The notes under the pieces are model-generated. The model was not told where the DNA came from. It saw only the letters and a program-made list of their open reading frames with translations, and did not search any database. The position numbers and the translations under genes were made by a program. A stretch of 64,000 nucleotides of DNA from the NCBI GenBank assembly GCA_025594325.1, contig JANHCV010000010.1:186001-250000 (forward strand), given 5' to 3'. Origin of the DNA: Blastocladiella emersonii ATCC 22665 (taxonomy: Eukaryota > Fungi > Blastocladiomycota). Positions 11,509 to 22,212 of this stretch are shown piece after piece (position 1 is the stretch's first letter; every line of letters starts with the position of its first letter).

Positions 11509-11933
11509 TGAATGGCTCGTCGTTGACGTCGTTGTTCTCAATAATATCGCCCATGTATCTCTGCTCCGCTCCGCCCATGTCTCACTCCTCCGCGACCGCT
11601 TCGCGACGCGGCGCGACGCGTCTCCCTGCCTCGTCCATCAGTCTGCACGCGTCCTTGTCTCGCGTGCGAGACATCAAGCCTCGGGCGATTACGGCTCAGC
11701 CACGTGCGCTCCGGTTTGTTCCATTTTCTGATCCGCCTGTCGTTCGTTCGACTCCCGCACTTGCTCAAGGTCGCGGGCGAGCGGCTCAGCGAACTCTTTC
11801 TCCCGCAGAACGGCGGCGGTGCAGCAACACACTTAATCACCCTCTACACATGTATGATGATCGCGAGGCGCGGAAGGCAGCACATGAACGCTGATCCTGC
11901 TCTCGCCCTGCCCTGCAGAACCATACCATCAAG

Positions 11934-12587
11934 ATGAAGGACTACCAGCGCGAGTACCTGGACTTCTGCGTCGAGGCCAAGGTGCTGCAGTTCGGCAAGT
12001 TCACGCTCAAGTCGGGCCGCGAGTCGCCGTACTTTTTCAACGCGGGCCTGTTCAACACGGGCGCGCTGCTGCTGAAGGTGGGCCAGTTCTACGCGGCGGC
12101 GGTGCTCGACAACCTCGACGTCTTCCAGCCGACGGTGCTGTTCGGTCCCGCGTACAAGGGGATCCCGCTGGTCGCGACCACCGCGGTGGCGCTGGCGGCG
12201 CAGGGGCACGACTTCCCGTACGTGTTCAACCGCAAGGAGGCCAAGGACCACGGCGAGGGCGGCAACCTCGTTGGCGCGACGGTGCTGCGCGGCGAGCGCG
12301 CCCTGATTGTCGACGACGTGATCACGGCGGGCACCGCGATCCGCGAGTCGTTCCCGCTGCTGCGCGACGCCAACGGTGCGGTCGTGGCCGGCGTGCTCGT
12401 CGCCGTCGACCGCCAGGAGAAGGGCCGCGGCGAGCGGTCCGCGATCCAGGAGGTCCAGGAGGATATGGGCGTGCCCGTCCGCGCGATTGTGACGATGGCC
12501 GATATCATGACGTACCTCGAGTCCAAGGGCGGCCACGAGCAGGTGCTCGCCGACATGCGCGCGTACCGCGAGAAGTACGGCATCTAA
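11934..12587 (+). CDS. URA5: Orotate phosphoribosyltransferase (217 aa)
   Basis: [43 protein letters not shown] and the PRPP-binding loop [10 protein letters not shown]. Confidence 0.97.
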   Translation: MKDYQREYLDFCVEAKVLQFGKFTLKSGRESPYFFNAGLFNTGALLLKVGQFYAAAVLDNLDVFQPTVLFGPAYKGIPLVATTAVALAAQGHDFPYVFNRKEAKDHGEGGNLVGATVLRGERALIVDDVITAGTAIRESFPLLRDANGAVVAGVLVAVDRQEKGRGERSAIQEVQEDMGVPVRAIVTMADIMTYLESKGGHEQVLADMRAYREKYGI

Positions 12588-12631
12588 TCGCTCTAGCTAG
12601 TAATACACGAACCCCTCTAGTTTCTATTCCT

Positions 12632-13067
12632 CTACTGCTGCTCGGCCTCGAACCGCGCGAGCTTCTCGGTAAAGATCTCGGCCTGGCGCTTCTTGCCCAG
12701 CGCCTCGGTCGCAGCGACGAGCCCCGTGAGGATAGCGCGCCACTGGGCCGCGAGGTCGGTCTGCATGCGCGGCGCGACGACCGGGGACATGAGGTCGTAG
12801 GCGCGGCGCAGGCTCGTCTCGGCGTCGAGTGCGGCGGCCGCGGCGAGCTGCGCGGTGCCGAGGTTCAGGTACGCCTTGGCGTGCGCGGCCGGGTTGGGCG
12901 GCGGCGACATGTTGTCGAGCAGCGAGCACACTGTGAAGTTGAGGGTAAGCGGAGGGTGATGCGAGGACGTGATGAACCGAGCGCAGCGTACTGTAGGCGG
13001 CGGTGGCCGTGGTCGGCGGCTTGGGCGACTTTGAGCGCGACCGGTAGCAGGAGCGGGTCATGGACAT
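12632..13067 (-). CDS. Small hypothetical protein with a TPR-like helix pair
   Basis: Exons 13067-12992 and 12930-12632 joined by a 61-nt gtacgc...cag intron; AKAYLNLGTAQL...AETSLRRAYDL is TPR-like. The first exon is uncertain. Confidence 0.55.
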
Positions 13068-13327
13068 GGTGGTGAATTTACATTCGCTTCGTAGGTGCGG
13101 GGGGAGAGAGAGAATCGATGGGGTCAGGGCTCATCGACATCGGCCCTGCCCATCGAGCCGCGAGCGGGAGCGAGAAGGGGACCGACGCGTGGGCACGTGG
13201 GCCCGCTGCCGCCGGCCTCGCCACGTCGGCGTCGCCGTCTCCTTGGCCGCGCCTACGCCACAACGCCCTCTCTCTCCCCCTCCCGCTTTCTGGGGAACAC
13301 ACATACCTGCAACGCATTCCACCAACC

Positions 13328-14651
13328 ATGGTCGTCAACCGCGACGAGGCGCTGCGGTGCCTGTCGATTGCCAAGAACGCGCTGGCGGCGGGCGACCGCG
13401 GCAAGGCCGAGCGGCTGGCGAAAAAGTCGCTGAGCCTGCACGAGACGCCCGAGGCCGCCGCCTTCCTCGCGGCGCTCGCGTCGGCCCCGTCCACGCCGGC
13501 GGGATCCACCGAGGGGCTGCGCCAGCGGTCCGCGCCCGCGGCATCCTCCGCCCCCGCGTCCGCGTCCAGCAGCACGTCCAGCCTCAACGGCGGCGGCTCG
13601 TCGCAGCGCGAGTACACGCCCGACCAGGAGGCCGCCGTCAAGCGCGCGCGCAAGCACGACGCCGGCGACTTTTACGCCGTGCTGGGTGTCGCCAAGGACG
13701 CGACCGACGCCGAGATCAAGAAGGCGTACCGCAAGGTGCGTTGCCCGCTCCGCGCTTATCCGGGTCGGTGATCCGCCCACGCAACTCACGCCCTGGCCCC
13801 GTGTCCCGTAGCTCGCCCTCGTCCTGCACCCCGACAAGAACGCGGCACCCGGCGCCGACGAGGCGTTCAAGAAGGTGTCCAAGGCCTTCTCGGTGCTGTC
13901 GGACCCGGACAAGCGCCGCCAGTTTGACCAGTACGGCGGCGACCCCGAGTCGCGCTCCGGCGGCGGCGGCGGTGGCGGCGGGCCGCCCGGGTTCTCGGGT
14001 TTCTCGGGCTTCCAGCAGCCGCGCGGTGGGATGCGCGGCCACCCGGGCTTCGCGTTCGACGGCGAGATCGACCCCGACGAGATCTTCCGCGCCTTCTTCG
14101 GGCCCGGGTTCACGTTTGCGACGTCGGGCGGCGGCGGGATGGGCGGCCCGGGCAGCGGGTTCTTCTTCGACTCGCGCACGCAGCAGCGGACACGGCGAGC
14201 CGCGCCGCAGCAGCAACAGCAGGGGACGGCGCGGTTCAGCCTGCTGCAGTTCCTGCCGCTGATCCTGCTGCTGGGGTTTTCGCTGGTCAACGTCTTCTTC
14301 AGCGGGCCGGAGATGCCCGAGTTCGCGTTCCACCGGGTGCGCAACTTCAACAAGGAGGTCCTGACGCAGCAGCACAAGGTGCCCTTCTACATCAACGAGC
14401 AGGTGTGGACGCGGTTCGCCCGCACCTACCCCAAGTTTGTGCCGACCTTTCTCGAAAACGTCGAAAACGCCTTTGTCAACAAGCTCGCCAAGTCCTGCGA
14501 GACGGAGCGCGCTAGCCGCGACGCCGCGTTCCGCGCCGCCTACGGGTGGGGGTTCACGCCGCCCGACCACCAGGCGCTCGAGCGTGCGCGGGGGATGCCC
14601 GTCCCGAGCTGCTCCCGGCTGCAGGAGATGGGGTTCAAGGTGCGCCGCTAG
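13328..14651 (+). CDS. DNAJB12: ER-membrane DnaJ protein (DNAJB12/DNAJB14/Hlj1 type, DUF1977-like C-terminus)
   Basis: Exons 13328-13735 and 13812-14651. N-terminal [10 protein letters not shown]-domain DFYAVLGV...[17 protein letters not shown], a G/F-rich linker and one TM ([13 protein letters not shown]). Confidence 0.9.
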
Positions 14652-14726
14652 GTCGTCGCTCGCATTGCTATTGTCTCGTCGTCGTTGTTGGAATAGAAAC
14701 TACTATATATCCACCCGTTCACTCGC

Positions 14727-16502
14727 TCACCATGGCCGCCGGAACCGCAAGGGCTGCCTCGGCGGTGGTGGTGGTGGCGGCGCGGGCGGCCGCGGCTGGA
14801 ACACGACGACGGCCTCGTCCTCCTCGCGCCTCGTCGGTTCTGGTTCTGGCGGTTGCTGCGGGGGAGTCTCCGCCCACCAGCACCACGGGCTCGCGCAGAA
14901 CACGATGACCTCGGCGACCGCCGCAAAGAAGTGCCGCCCGTCGAGCGCGGCGAACGGGAGCACGTTGAGGAGCGCGAGCGAGAGCGAGATCTGCGCCGCG
15001 AACTCGAGCACCGACACCACAAAGTACGGCACCCACACCGGGCGCGGGCGCCACCACGAGGCGCCGTCCCCCTCCCCCTCGCGGCGCGGCACCACGCGGC
15101 CGACGTGCACGTCGCGCGCGAGGTCACGCAGGTCGCCCATCCACAGGACGCGGTCGATCTCCTCTGATCCCGCGGGGCGGAACGCGAGGTCGGCGAGCAT
15201 CACGCGCGGGTTCGCCGCGTACGTCGACATGCAGAACCCGACCGCGCAGTCGGCGTCGTCGGCGCACTGCCGTTTCCGGGCCGCGATCGCGGCCGGCGAG
15301 ACACACGCGGTCCCCGCGCTCGCCACGTGCACGAAGCACACGTCGCCGGACTCGTGCACCGGGTGCGTCGCGTTGACGAGGCAGCACGGCGCGACGGGCG
15401 CGGGCGCGTCGGCCCACGCGGGGACCGCACCGGGAACGCTGTCCCACGGCGCGTACACGAGCGGCACCGGGTCCGGGATCCGGCACTGGCGGATCGGCGG
15501 GATCACGCGGTCGGCCGTGTGCAGGTCCGCGAGCGAGGTCACGCGTGCCCCGTTGATGGCGACGAGACGCGAGAAGGGCGGCAGCGCGCCCGCGAGCGAG
15601 GACGTCGGGGATACGTCGAGGACGACGAGGCCCGACGGGTACGTCGCGGGGACGTGGTACCCCGCCGCGCGCAGCCATAGCGTGGGGCGAGCGACGAGTA
15701 GCGTGCACAGGAGCGCGCCCAGAAGATTGTGCCAGATCCCTGCGGCCGCGACGGCGGCGCGCGCGCGGGCCGGCGCGGCGGCGAGGTCCGCGACGCGTAA
15801 GTTGACGGACGCGCCAGGGAACACGAGGTGCAGCGAGAACGACACGCTGTGCACGGGGATCCCCCACGCCGCAGCCGCCAGCGCGTGGCCCAGCTCGTGC
15901 ACCGCGAGCGCACCCGCGAGGGCGACCAGGTACGGCCTTAGCAGCGACGCGGGGAGGTTGAGTCCCGGGATGCTGACGAGCGGCGCGTACGCAGACGTGT
16001 CGGGCGCAGCTTCCGTGTTGTCGTCGTCGTACTCGTCGTCGGCCGGGCCCGCGACATCGAGCCCGAGGTCCGCCGGGGCGAGCGGGCCCAGCTCACCCCC
16101 TAACCGGCGGCCGAGCATCCACAGCACGTTGCCGGCGAGGTACACGGCGAACAGCAGGGTCGCGAGCGCGCCCGCGAGGTAGAAGACCTGCGCCGCGGGC
16201 CGCAGCCAGCCGGGCAGGCGGAACAGCGACGAGAACCGCGTCGTCGTCACCCGGAGCGAGCCGAGGCGCATGGCAACGACGTCGCGCGGGACGCGGACGG
16301 GCACGCGTGTCGTTGGTCCGACCGGACGTGGTGGCGGGGAGGCGTGCTGCGGCAGCAGCCAGAAGACGAGGTGCAGGGCGGCCCAGGCGAGCGCCACGAC
16401 GGCGGCGGCCGTGGCCAGCGCCGCAACGGGCGCGTGCGACACGGCGTGCGACAGCGACGCCCAAAGCCAGGGGGACAGGCGCGCGGTCGACGTCGATGAC
16501 AT
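14727..16502 (-). CDS. MBTPS2: Site-2 protease (M50 intramembrane metalloprotease, 591 aa)
   Basis: HELGH zinc motif, AAAGIWHN, a PDZ-like insert with Cys-rich region, and LNVLPFAALDG (NxxPxxxLDG). Confidence 0.92.
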   Translation of the reverse strand: MSSTSTARLSPWLWASLSHAVSHAPVAALATAAAVVALAWAALHLVFWLLPQHASPPPRPVGPTTRVPVRVPRDVVAMRLGSLRVTTTRFSSLFRLPGWLRPAAQVFYLAGALATLLFAVYLAGNVLWMLGRRLGGELGPLAPADLGLDVAGPADDEYDDDNTEAAPDTSAYAPLVSIPGLNLPASLLRPYLVALAGALAVHELGHALAAAAWGIPVHSVSFSLHLVFPGASVNLRVADLAAAPARARAAVAAAGIWHNLLGALLCTLLVARPTLWLRAAGYHVPATYPSGLVVLDVSPTSSLAGALPPFSRLVAINGARVTSLADLHTADRVIPPIRQCRIPDPVPLVYAPWDSVPGAVPAWADAPAPVAPCCLVNATHPVHESGDVCFVHVASAGTACVSPAAIAARKRQCADDADCAVGFCMSTYAANPRVMLADLAFRPAGSEEIDRVLWMGDLRDLARDVHVGRVVPRREGEGDGASWWRPRPVWVPYFVVSVLEFAAQISLSLALLNVLPFAALDGRHFFAAVAEVIVFCASPWCWWAETPPQQPPEPEPTRREEDEAVVVFQPRPPAPPPPPPPRQPLRFRRPW

Positions 16503-16689
16503 GGCGGCATGGTCTAGTGTTGGTTCATTGCATGGGGGTGAGGGAGAGAGAGAAAGTGGGGTGAGGGGACAGAGCGATGTGGGTGGCGGGCCGACCGGCT
16601 GACCGCGCCGCCGCCATGTTCGCCACGCTTTTGGGCCGGCGAGTGTGGCGACCCCCTCTTCTCTCTCCCGCCCTCAACCGACCAACGAA

Positions 16690-18800
16690 ATGGCAAAGAA
16701 GAACGCAAAGAACGCAGCCAATGCACTCGCGACCGCGGCCGCCGCGGAGCACGTCGACCTCCCCGCCGTCTACGCCAAGGCGCGCGACCTGATCGCCGCC
16801 GAGCGCTACGGCGAGCTCGTCGCCCTGTGCGGCAAGGGTACTAGCTCTTCGCTTCCTGCTGCAAGGCCGCTCGCTGACCCACCATACCCGTAGTCGAGGA
16901 CGCGCGCGCCCAGCGCACGCACGTCGTGGCGCTGATCCGGCTCGAGCGGTACGCCGACGCGCTCAAGGCCATGCACAAGCACGCCGCGCTGCTCGGCGCC
17001 ACCGTCGCGTACGAGGAGGCCTACTGCCTGTACCGCGTCAACCGCCTCGCCGACGCCGCCGACGCCCTCGCGCGCCTCCCCACCGACGATCGCCGCACCC
17101 AGCTCCTGCGCGCCCAGGTCCTGTACCGCCTCGAGGACTACGACGCGTGCCTCGCCGTCTACCAGGCGCTGCTCGCCGACACCGACCCGGCGGACCCCGA
17201 CCACGAGGACCTGCTGACCAACTACCAGGCCGTGCTCGCCAGCAAGCAGCTCTCCCGCCTCGCCTTCGACTGCCCCGACGCGTTCGCGCCCGTCGCCGAC
17301 CTCGGCGAGTTTGAGACCTACGAGCGGTGCTACAACTACGCGTGCACGGCGCTCGCGCACGGCCACGTCGCGCACGCCGCCGCCGCCCTCGAGCACGCGC
17401 GCCGCATCGCGTCGGCCGCCCTCGCGGGGGAGCTCTCGGCGCGCGAGCTTGCGCACGAGCTGCAGCCGGTCCTCGTCCAGCTCGCCTTTGCGTGGCAGCA
17501 GCTTGGGAATGCCGACCAGGCCGCGGACCTGTACCACTACGTCGCGACCATGGCGGGCGCGCGCGGGCCCGACTGGGCCGTCGCCGTCAACAACGCGGCG
17601 TCCCTCGACACGGCCGCGGACCCCGCCGACCTCGCCAAGCGGCTCCGCAAGATCCAGAAATTCTCCACCGTCGACCGCATGCCGTCGTGGCAGCGCAACC
17701 TCATGGCCCTCAACGAGCACCTCCTCGACCTCGCCGTGCACCACGGGTCGGGCCAGCGCCGCACCGGGTCGACTACCATGGCGACGCCGACTACTCTCGC
17801 GATCCCGCCCGAGGACACCCAGCGCACCGCCATGGCCGCGGCCTTCCGCGCGCTCGCCCTCGGGAAACCCGTTCCCGCCGCCGCCGACTCGCCCGCGCCC
17901 CTGTGGACCGCCCTGTGCGAGCTGCAGCGCGCGCTCGAGTCCGCGCCCGCGTCGGAGGCCGCCGCACTCGCCGCATCTTTCGCCGCCCAGTTCCCGCACG
18001 TCCCCGCCTTCGCCGCGCTGCACGCCCGCGCCCTCCGCGCCCACGGCGACCACGCCGCGGCCCTCGCGGTCCTCGAGGCCAACGACGCCGAGTCCGAGTT
18101 TGCCGCCGAACACGTCGCCCGACTCCGCGCCGCAGCCGGCGATCTCGCCGGTGCCGCCGACGCGTGGGCGGCCCTCGTCCGCCGCGACCCGAACAACGCC
18201 CGCCGCGTCGCTGAGTGGATCGCCGCCCTCGCCCGCGTCGACCCGCACGAGGCCGAGGTCCAGGCCGACGCCGCGCTCGCGGGCGTGGCTGCGGCACCTG
18301 ACGCCGAGGAGGAGGAGGTCGAGCCGAGCGTTGCCGATGGCGCGTGGAAGCCCAAGCACGCCCTCGCCACTACCGCCGTTCCCGCTGCACCCGCCGCTGC
18401 AGCCGCGACCCCCGAGCAGAAGAAGACGAAGAAGAAGCACCGCCGCCCGCGGTACCCGAAATCCTACGACCCGGCGTCCCCCGCGGCCGCGGCGTACGTC
18501 CCGGACCCGGCCAAGTGGCTGCCCAAGCACATCCGCGACCCGGCCGCCGCCAAGAAGCGCGAGCAGCTCCGCGCCCTCCAGAAGAAGAATAAGCGCCGCG
18601 GCCGCCGGGCCGCCAAGCGCGGGGCCGAGGTGTCCGAGCTTGTGCTGTCGTCGCACCAGGGCGGCATCGTCGATGACCCGAACCCGGCGCCTGAGATGGC
18701 GGGGATTGGGGGGACGGGGTCCGCCAAGATCTTTGCGCCCAAGAAGGCCGCGGGCGAGGGTGGGGCGGCGGGGAAGAAGAAGGGCGCCAAGCGCAAGTAG
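16690..18800 (+). CDS. SRP72: Signal recognition particle subunit SRP72
   Basis: Exons 16690-16837 and 16894-18800. N-terminal TPR (YEEAYCLYR, LLRAQVLYRLEDY) and C-terminal KKKHRRPRYPK...PDPAKWLP...HQG RNA-binding motif. Confidence 0.92.
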
Positions 18801-18835
18801 TGATGTTGTTGGTGAGTTGAATGGATTGATTGATG

Positions 18836-19080
18836 TTGACGACATGGAACATCAGCGACGCGCAACACACTTGAGCGCCGCGGCCCATGAGCCAGTCGAT
18901 CGACGGCCCAAGCGCCGTCAGCGCGTTCGCCGCGGCCAACTGCTCGTCCGAATGAATAGATGTCGTTGGCGACATGGAACATCAGCGACGCGCAAACTTG
19001 CGAGCTGCAGCGAGCTCGCCGATGAGCTGGTCGATGGAGCGCCGTCAGCGCGTTGGCCGCGGCCAGCTGCTGCTCGTCCG
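18836..19080. repeat. Imperfect tandem duplication, period about 130 bp
   Basis: gacatggaacatcagcgacgcgcaa...cgccgtcagcgcgtt..ccgcggcca..tgctcgtccg occurs at 18836-18951 and 18966-19080. Confidence 0.85.
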
Positions 19081-19597
19081 GCATCACGCGGCGCAGCTCG
19101 GCCGTCTCGGCGCGCGCCTGGCGCAGCTCCTCGCGGAGCTGGTCCACGGTCTGCTCCGATTGTTCCAGGGAAAAGTTGAGCAAGCGGTTCTCACGCACGA
19201 GGTCCGCGTTGGCCTGGGCGAACCGTTGGAGCTGGAGCACGAGTTGCTACAGAGCGTGTCGTAGGCACCGTGTCGAATCTCATGCGAAGGTGGGCAACGC
19301 GTGCACGAACGTGAGCGTACCTCGAAACGAGACTAATCGGCCAGGCCTCCCACGCCATCCGACGACGTCGCCGAGAAGCGGTTCGCGCAGCGAGCCTGCC
19401 GTCTAGACGAGAAAGCTCCTGCTTCAGCGCCGCAATCTCCTCGGTTTTAGCCGCCAGTCGCTGGCGCTGAAATTGGCGCTGGTACAGGAGCAGACATGAA
19501 TGGCGACGGGTCAGGGACTCGGGACTTTGATGGGATTGAGAAGCTCGCGTACCAGCTCGTGCGCGGCGATGTCGTGGTGAGAGTCCCGAGCACTCAT
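18982..19597 (-). pseudogene. Disrupted coiled-coil protein gene
   Basis: Two canonical gtacgc...ag introns can be placed. Coiled-coil segments RLAAKTEEIAALKQELSRL and QLQRFAQANADLVRENRLLNFSLEQSEQTVDQLREEL can only be joined through a frameshift and a TAG. Confidence 0.5.
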
Positions 19598-19979
19598 TGT
19601 CGTCGTGTACTCCGCGATTGGTGGACGAGAGATAGGAGGAGACTAGTCGGCTTCGCAAGCGTGGGACAGCGGTCGGGCAGTGCGTACATCCAGCAACGGC
19701 GTCACCCGACTCGGAGTGTGATGGCCGGAGTGATGACCGGCGTGATCGCGTTGCGCCACATTTTGGACGCGAGGAGAAGCCGTTCGCGCCGAAACAGTTC
19801 GCGCACCCAACGCGAAGATCTGCGAAGGGTCGTGAACAATTACACACACAAGTCCACAGCGATGTTCATTAGTGTTCACGCTCGCGCGATTGGGGCGAGC
19901 GCTCATGGACTCGCCGACACAGCAGCGCGGCCATCCGAGCTCAGCCCAAGGACACGCGTGGAGAGAGAAGAAATACAAT

Positions 19980-21422
19980 CTATTGCGGTCGAGATACGAC
20001 GACCAGCGGGTCGAGACTACTCGGCGTCATCGCGACAGCCTCCACATCCCCCTCCGCCGCGGCCACCGCCGCCTTCCCCTCCGCCGCCGTCCTCACAAAC
20101 TGGCCCCGGATCGCGGCCGCGGCCCTCCTCGCGAGCGCGTAGAAGAGGAGCGACTCGGCTCCACCGGCGAGCACGTCGATGAGGAAGTGGTGGTCAAAGT
20201 ACATAGTGGACCACCAGATGCCCAGGACGTATCCTGCGCCGACCGCGGCCGTCGGGACCCGTGTACCCGCAATCCAGCGGAACTGGTCGCCGACAAACGC
20301 GGTCAGCAGCACCGCGTACCCCGAGTGCAGCGACGGGAACGCGCCGAACACGAGCGGCGAGTTGCCGAAGACCGAGCCGTACAGGGGGAACCCGAGGAAG
20401 GCGTCGACGCGCGCGAGGCCCGCGGGGTCGCCCGCCACGGTGCCGACGACGGGGACGGTGCTGCCGTACTTGATGTTGTACCACGGGGCCGCCGTCGGGA
20501 ACACGTACTGGATCATGACGCCGCTCAGGTTGCAGCACCCGAACACGACGAGGAACGCCTTGAGCAGGCCGGCGGCCGCGTCGAGGCGCACGGCGAGGCG
20601 TTTGACCCACCACGCGTCCCGTTCGCGGGATGGCGGCGGGGTGCGCAGCCAGCCCCACACGAGGAGGCCGACTCCCACCAAAACGGCCGACAGGTAGTGC
20701 AGGACACCGTAGAGTAGCCACCCGACGACATCCAGCACGACCGCCGGGTGCGCGTCAAAGTACTCGTACGCGGGCCGCCCGACGAGCAGCGTGTCGACCA
20801 TGGGCAGCCACGTGGTGTTGACCTCGGGGAACCAGCCGAGCGGCAGCCGGTTGGCGAGCGAGAAGAGCAGCAGGTAGCACACGAGCGGGACGACGGCGAG
20901 CGGGGCCGGGATCGCGCGCGGCGGCGAGTAGGCGAGCGCTGGGCGCAGGCACGCGAGGCAGAGCAGGCTCGAGAGGACCAGGATCAGCATGATCTTGAGC
21001 CACGCGGGGACCGCGGACGGGTCCGCGCGCACGAGGAACGGGAACGCGGTGCCGAGCGCGACGGCGGGGATTGCGGCGAGGAGGAGCGATGCGGGCGTCG
21101 CGTGTCGCGCGTGCCACGGCAACGGCGGTCGTGGCGGTGAGGATTTCGGCGGTGCTGTTGTTGTAGTCATGGCAACAATGTGGTGGCGGTGCGCAGGCTC
21201 GAGTCCATCATCATCCTCGTCGGCGTCCGGGACCGAGGGCGACGGCGCGAGGAGCGCGAGCTGGACCTCGGCGTCGCCGCCTCCGGCCTTGCGGCGCTCG
21301 GCCGCGCGTGCGTCAGCAACGGCGCGGGGGACAGGACCCGGTGGTGCGGCCGTCGCCGCGGCGAGTGGCGCTGGCGCCGTTGCGGAAACGCGGGAAGCGG
21401 CGGCGGTGGTTGGCGGCGCCAT
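19980..21422 (-). CDS. AUR1: Inositol phosphorylceramide synthase (PAP2 superfamily)
   Basis: AAPWY, GDPAGLARVD, FGAFPSLHSG and TMYFDHHFLIDVLAG catalytic motifs; multiple TMs. Confidence 0.93.
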   Translation of the reverse strand: MAPPTTAAASRVSATAPAPLAAATAAPPGPVPRAVADARAAERRKAGGGDAEVQLALLAPSPSVPDADEDDDGLEPAHRHHIVAMTTTTAPPKSSPPRPPLPWHARHATPASLLLAAIPAVALGTAFPFLVRADPSAVPAWLKIMLILVLSSLLCLACLRPALAYSPPRAIPAPLAVVPLVCYLLLFSLANRLPLGWFPEVNTTWLPMVDTLLVGRPAYEYFDAHPAVVLDVVGWLLYGVLHYLSAVLVGVGLLVWGWLRTPPPSRERDAWWVKRLAVRLDAAAGLLKAFLVVFGCCNLSGVMIQYVFPTAAPWYNIKYGSTVPVVGTVAGDPAGLARVDAFLGFPLYGSVFGNSPLVFGAFPSLHSGYAVLLTAFVGDQFRWIAGTRVPTAAVGAGYVLGIWWSTMYFDHHFLIDVLAGGAESLLFYALARRAAAAIRGQFVRTAAEGKAAVAAAEGDVEAVAMTPSSLDPLVVVSRPQ

Positions 21423-22212
21423 GGGGTCGGCGTCGTCGCTGTCGATCGGACGAACTGTTGCAGGGTTACGGTGGCGGAGGTTGCGTGCGGGTCGGGTGGC
21501 GCAGCTCGCAGGCGGCTGCAGCTGCCGACGATGCGCGCTTTTCCAGAGGAAGCAGAGTCGGGAGGAGAGCGAATTCGAGCAGCCGGTCGCCGTGACGGAC
21601 GACGGCGTGCAACCCGACCGGAACCCCGTCTGCAAAGTTTGCTCACGGCGGTCCGGTTCCGCCGGATGTGTCCCACCGCGGCGGGCGCGGATGCGGACGC
21701 AGCAGCAGCAACGGCGTCGTCTTGGCGCCAACTGCCAAGGCCACCAGGGAGCAGGTCAATCGCTCGCTTGGCGATGGGGGTGGGGTACGCTCGCTCACGC
21801 GCGCGTGCGAGTGCGAGTCCGAGCGGGCGGTGTTTGGGCGTGTTGCGCTGACTGCGATGGGCAGGGCAGAGCAGCGGCAGTGGTCAGGGTTGCATGGAGT
21901 GCGGGTGTGGTTGGGTGCGTTGCGGGAGGGGACCCAGATGGTCGCTGGGGAGCGTGAGGGTGGCGGGGTGGAGTCGACGGGCAACCGACCTGACCGACCA
22001 TGGCCATCGACCTCGGCGATCCGCCGGCGGCCCCATGCCAACGCCGCCGTGGAACGCGCCGAGAAGGATGCCGGGCAAGCGGGAGACGTAGGGAGACACT
22101 CCCTCCGGCCTCATTCGCGTCGCATCGCATCGGGATCGCGCGCCTGGGCCCGATACTCGCGCTGATCGTCCGTGTGATCTGCACCACAAAACTCCTTGTA
22201 TTAATACACTCT

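Noticed and set aside
11934-12587. Intronless URA5 as a bacterial horizontal transfer
   Set aside because: Fungal monofunctional OPRTs are normally pyrE-like, codon usage matches host genes, and several neighbours are also intronless.
16806-18845. 679-aa minus-strand ORF and other long ORFs overlapping SRP72, NmrA, MBTPS2, VAC14, PPR and pol
   Set aside because: Antisense or off-frame shadows caused by extreme GC3 bias; low-complexity Arg/Gly/Ala translations with no motifs.
19980-21731. Upstream 583-aa start for AUR1
   Set aside because: The extension before ATG 21422 is low-complexity and lacks coding-like codon bias; treated as 5' UTR.
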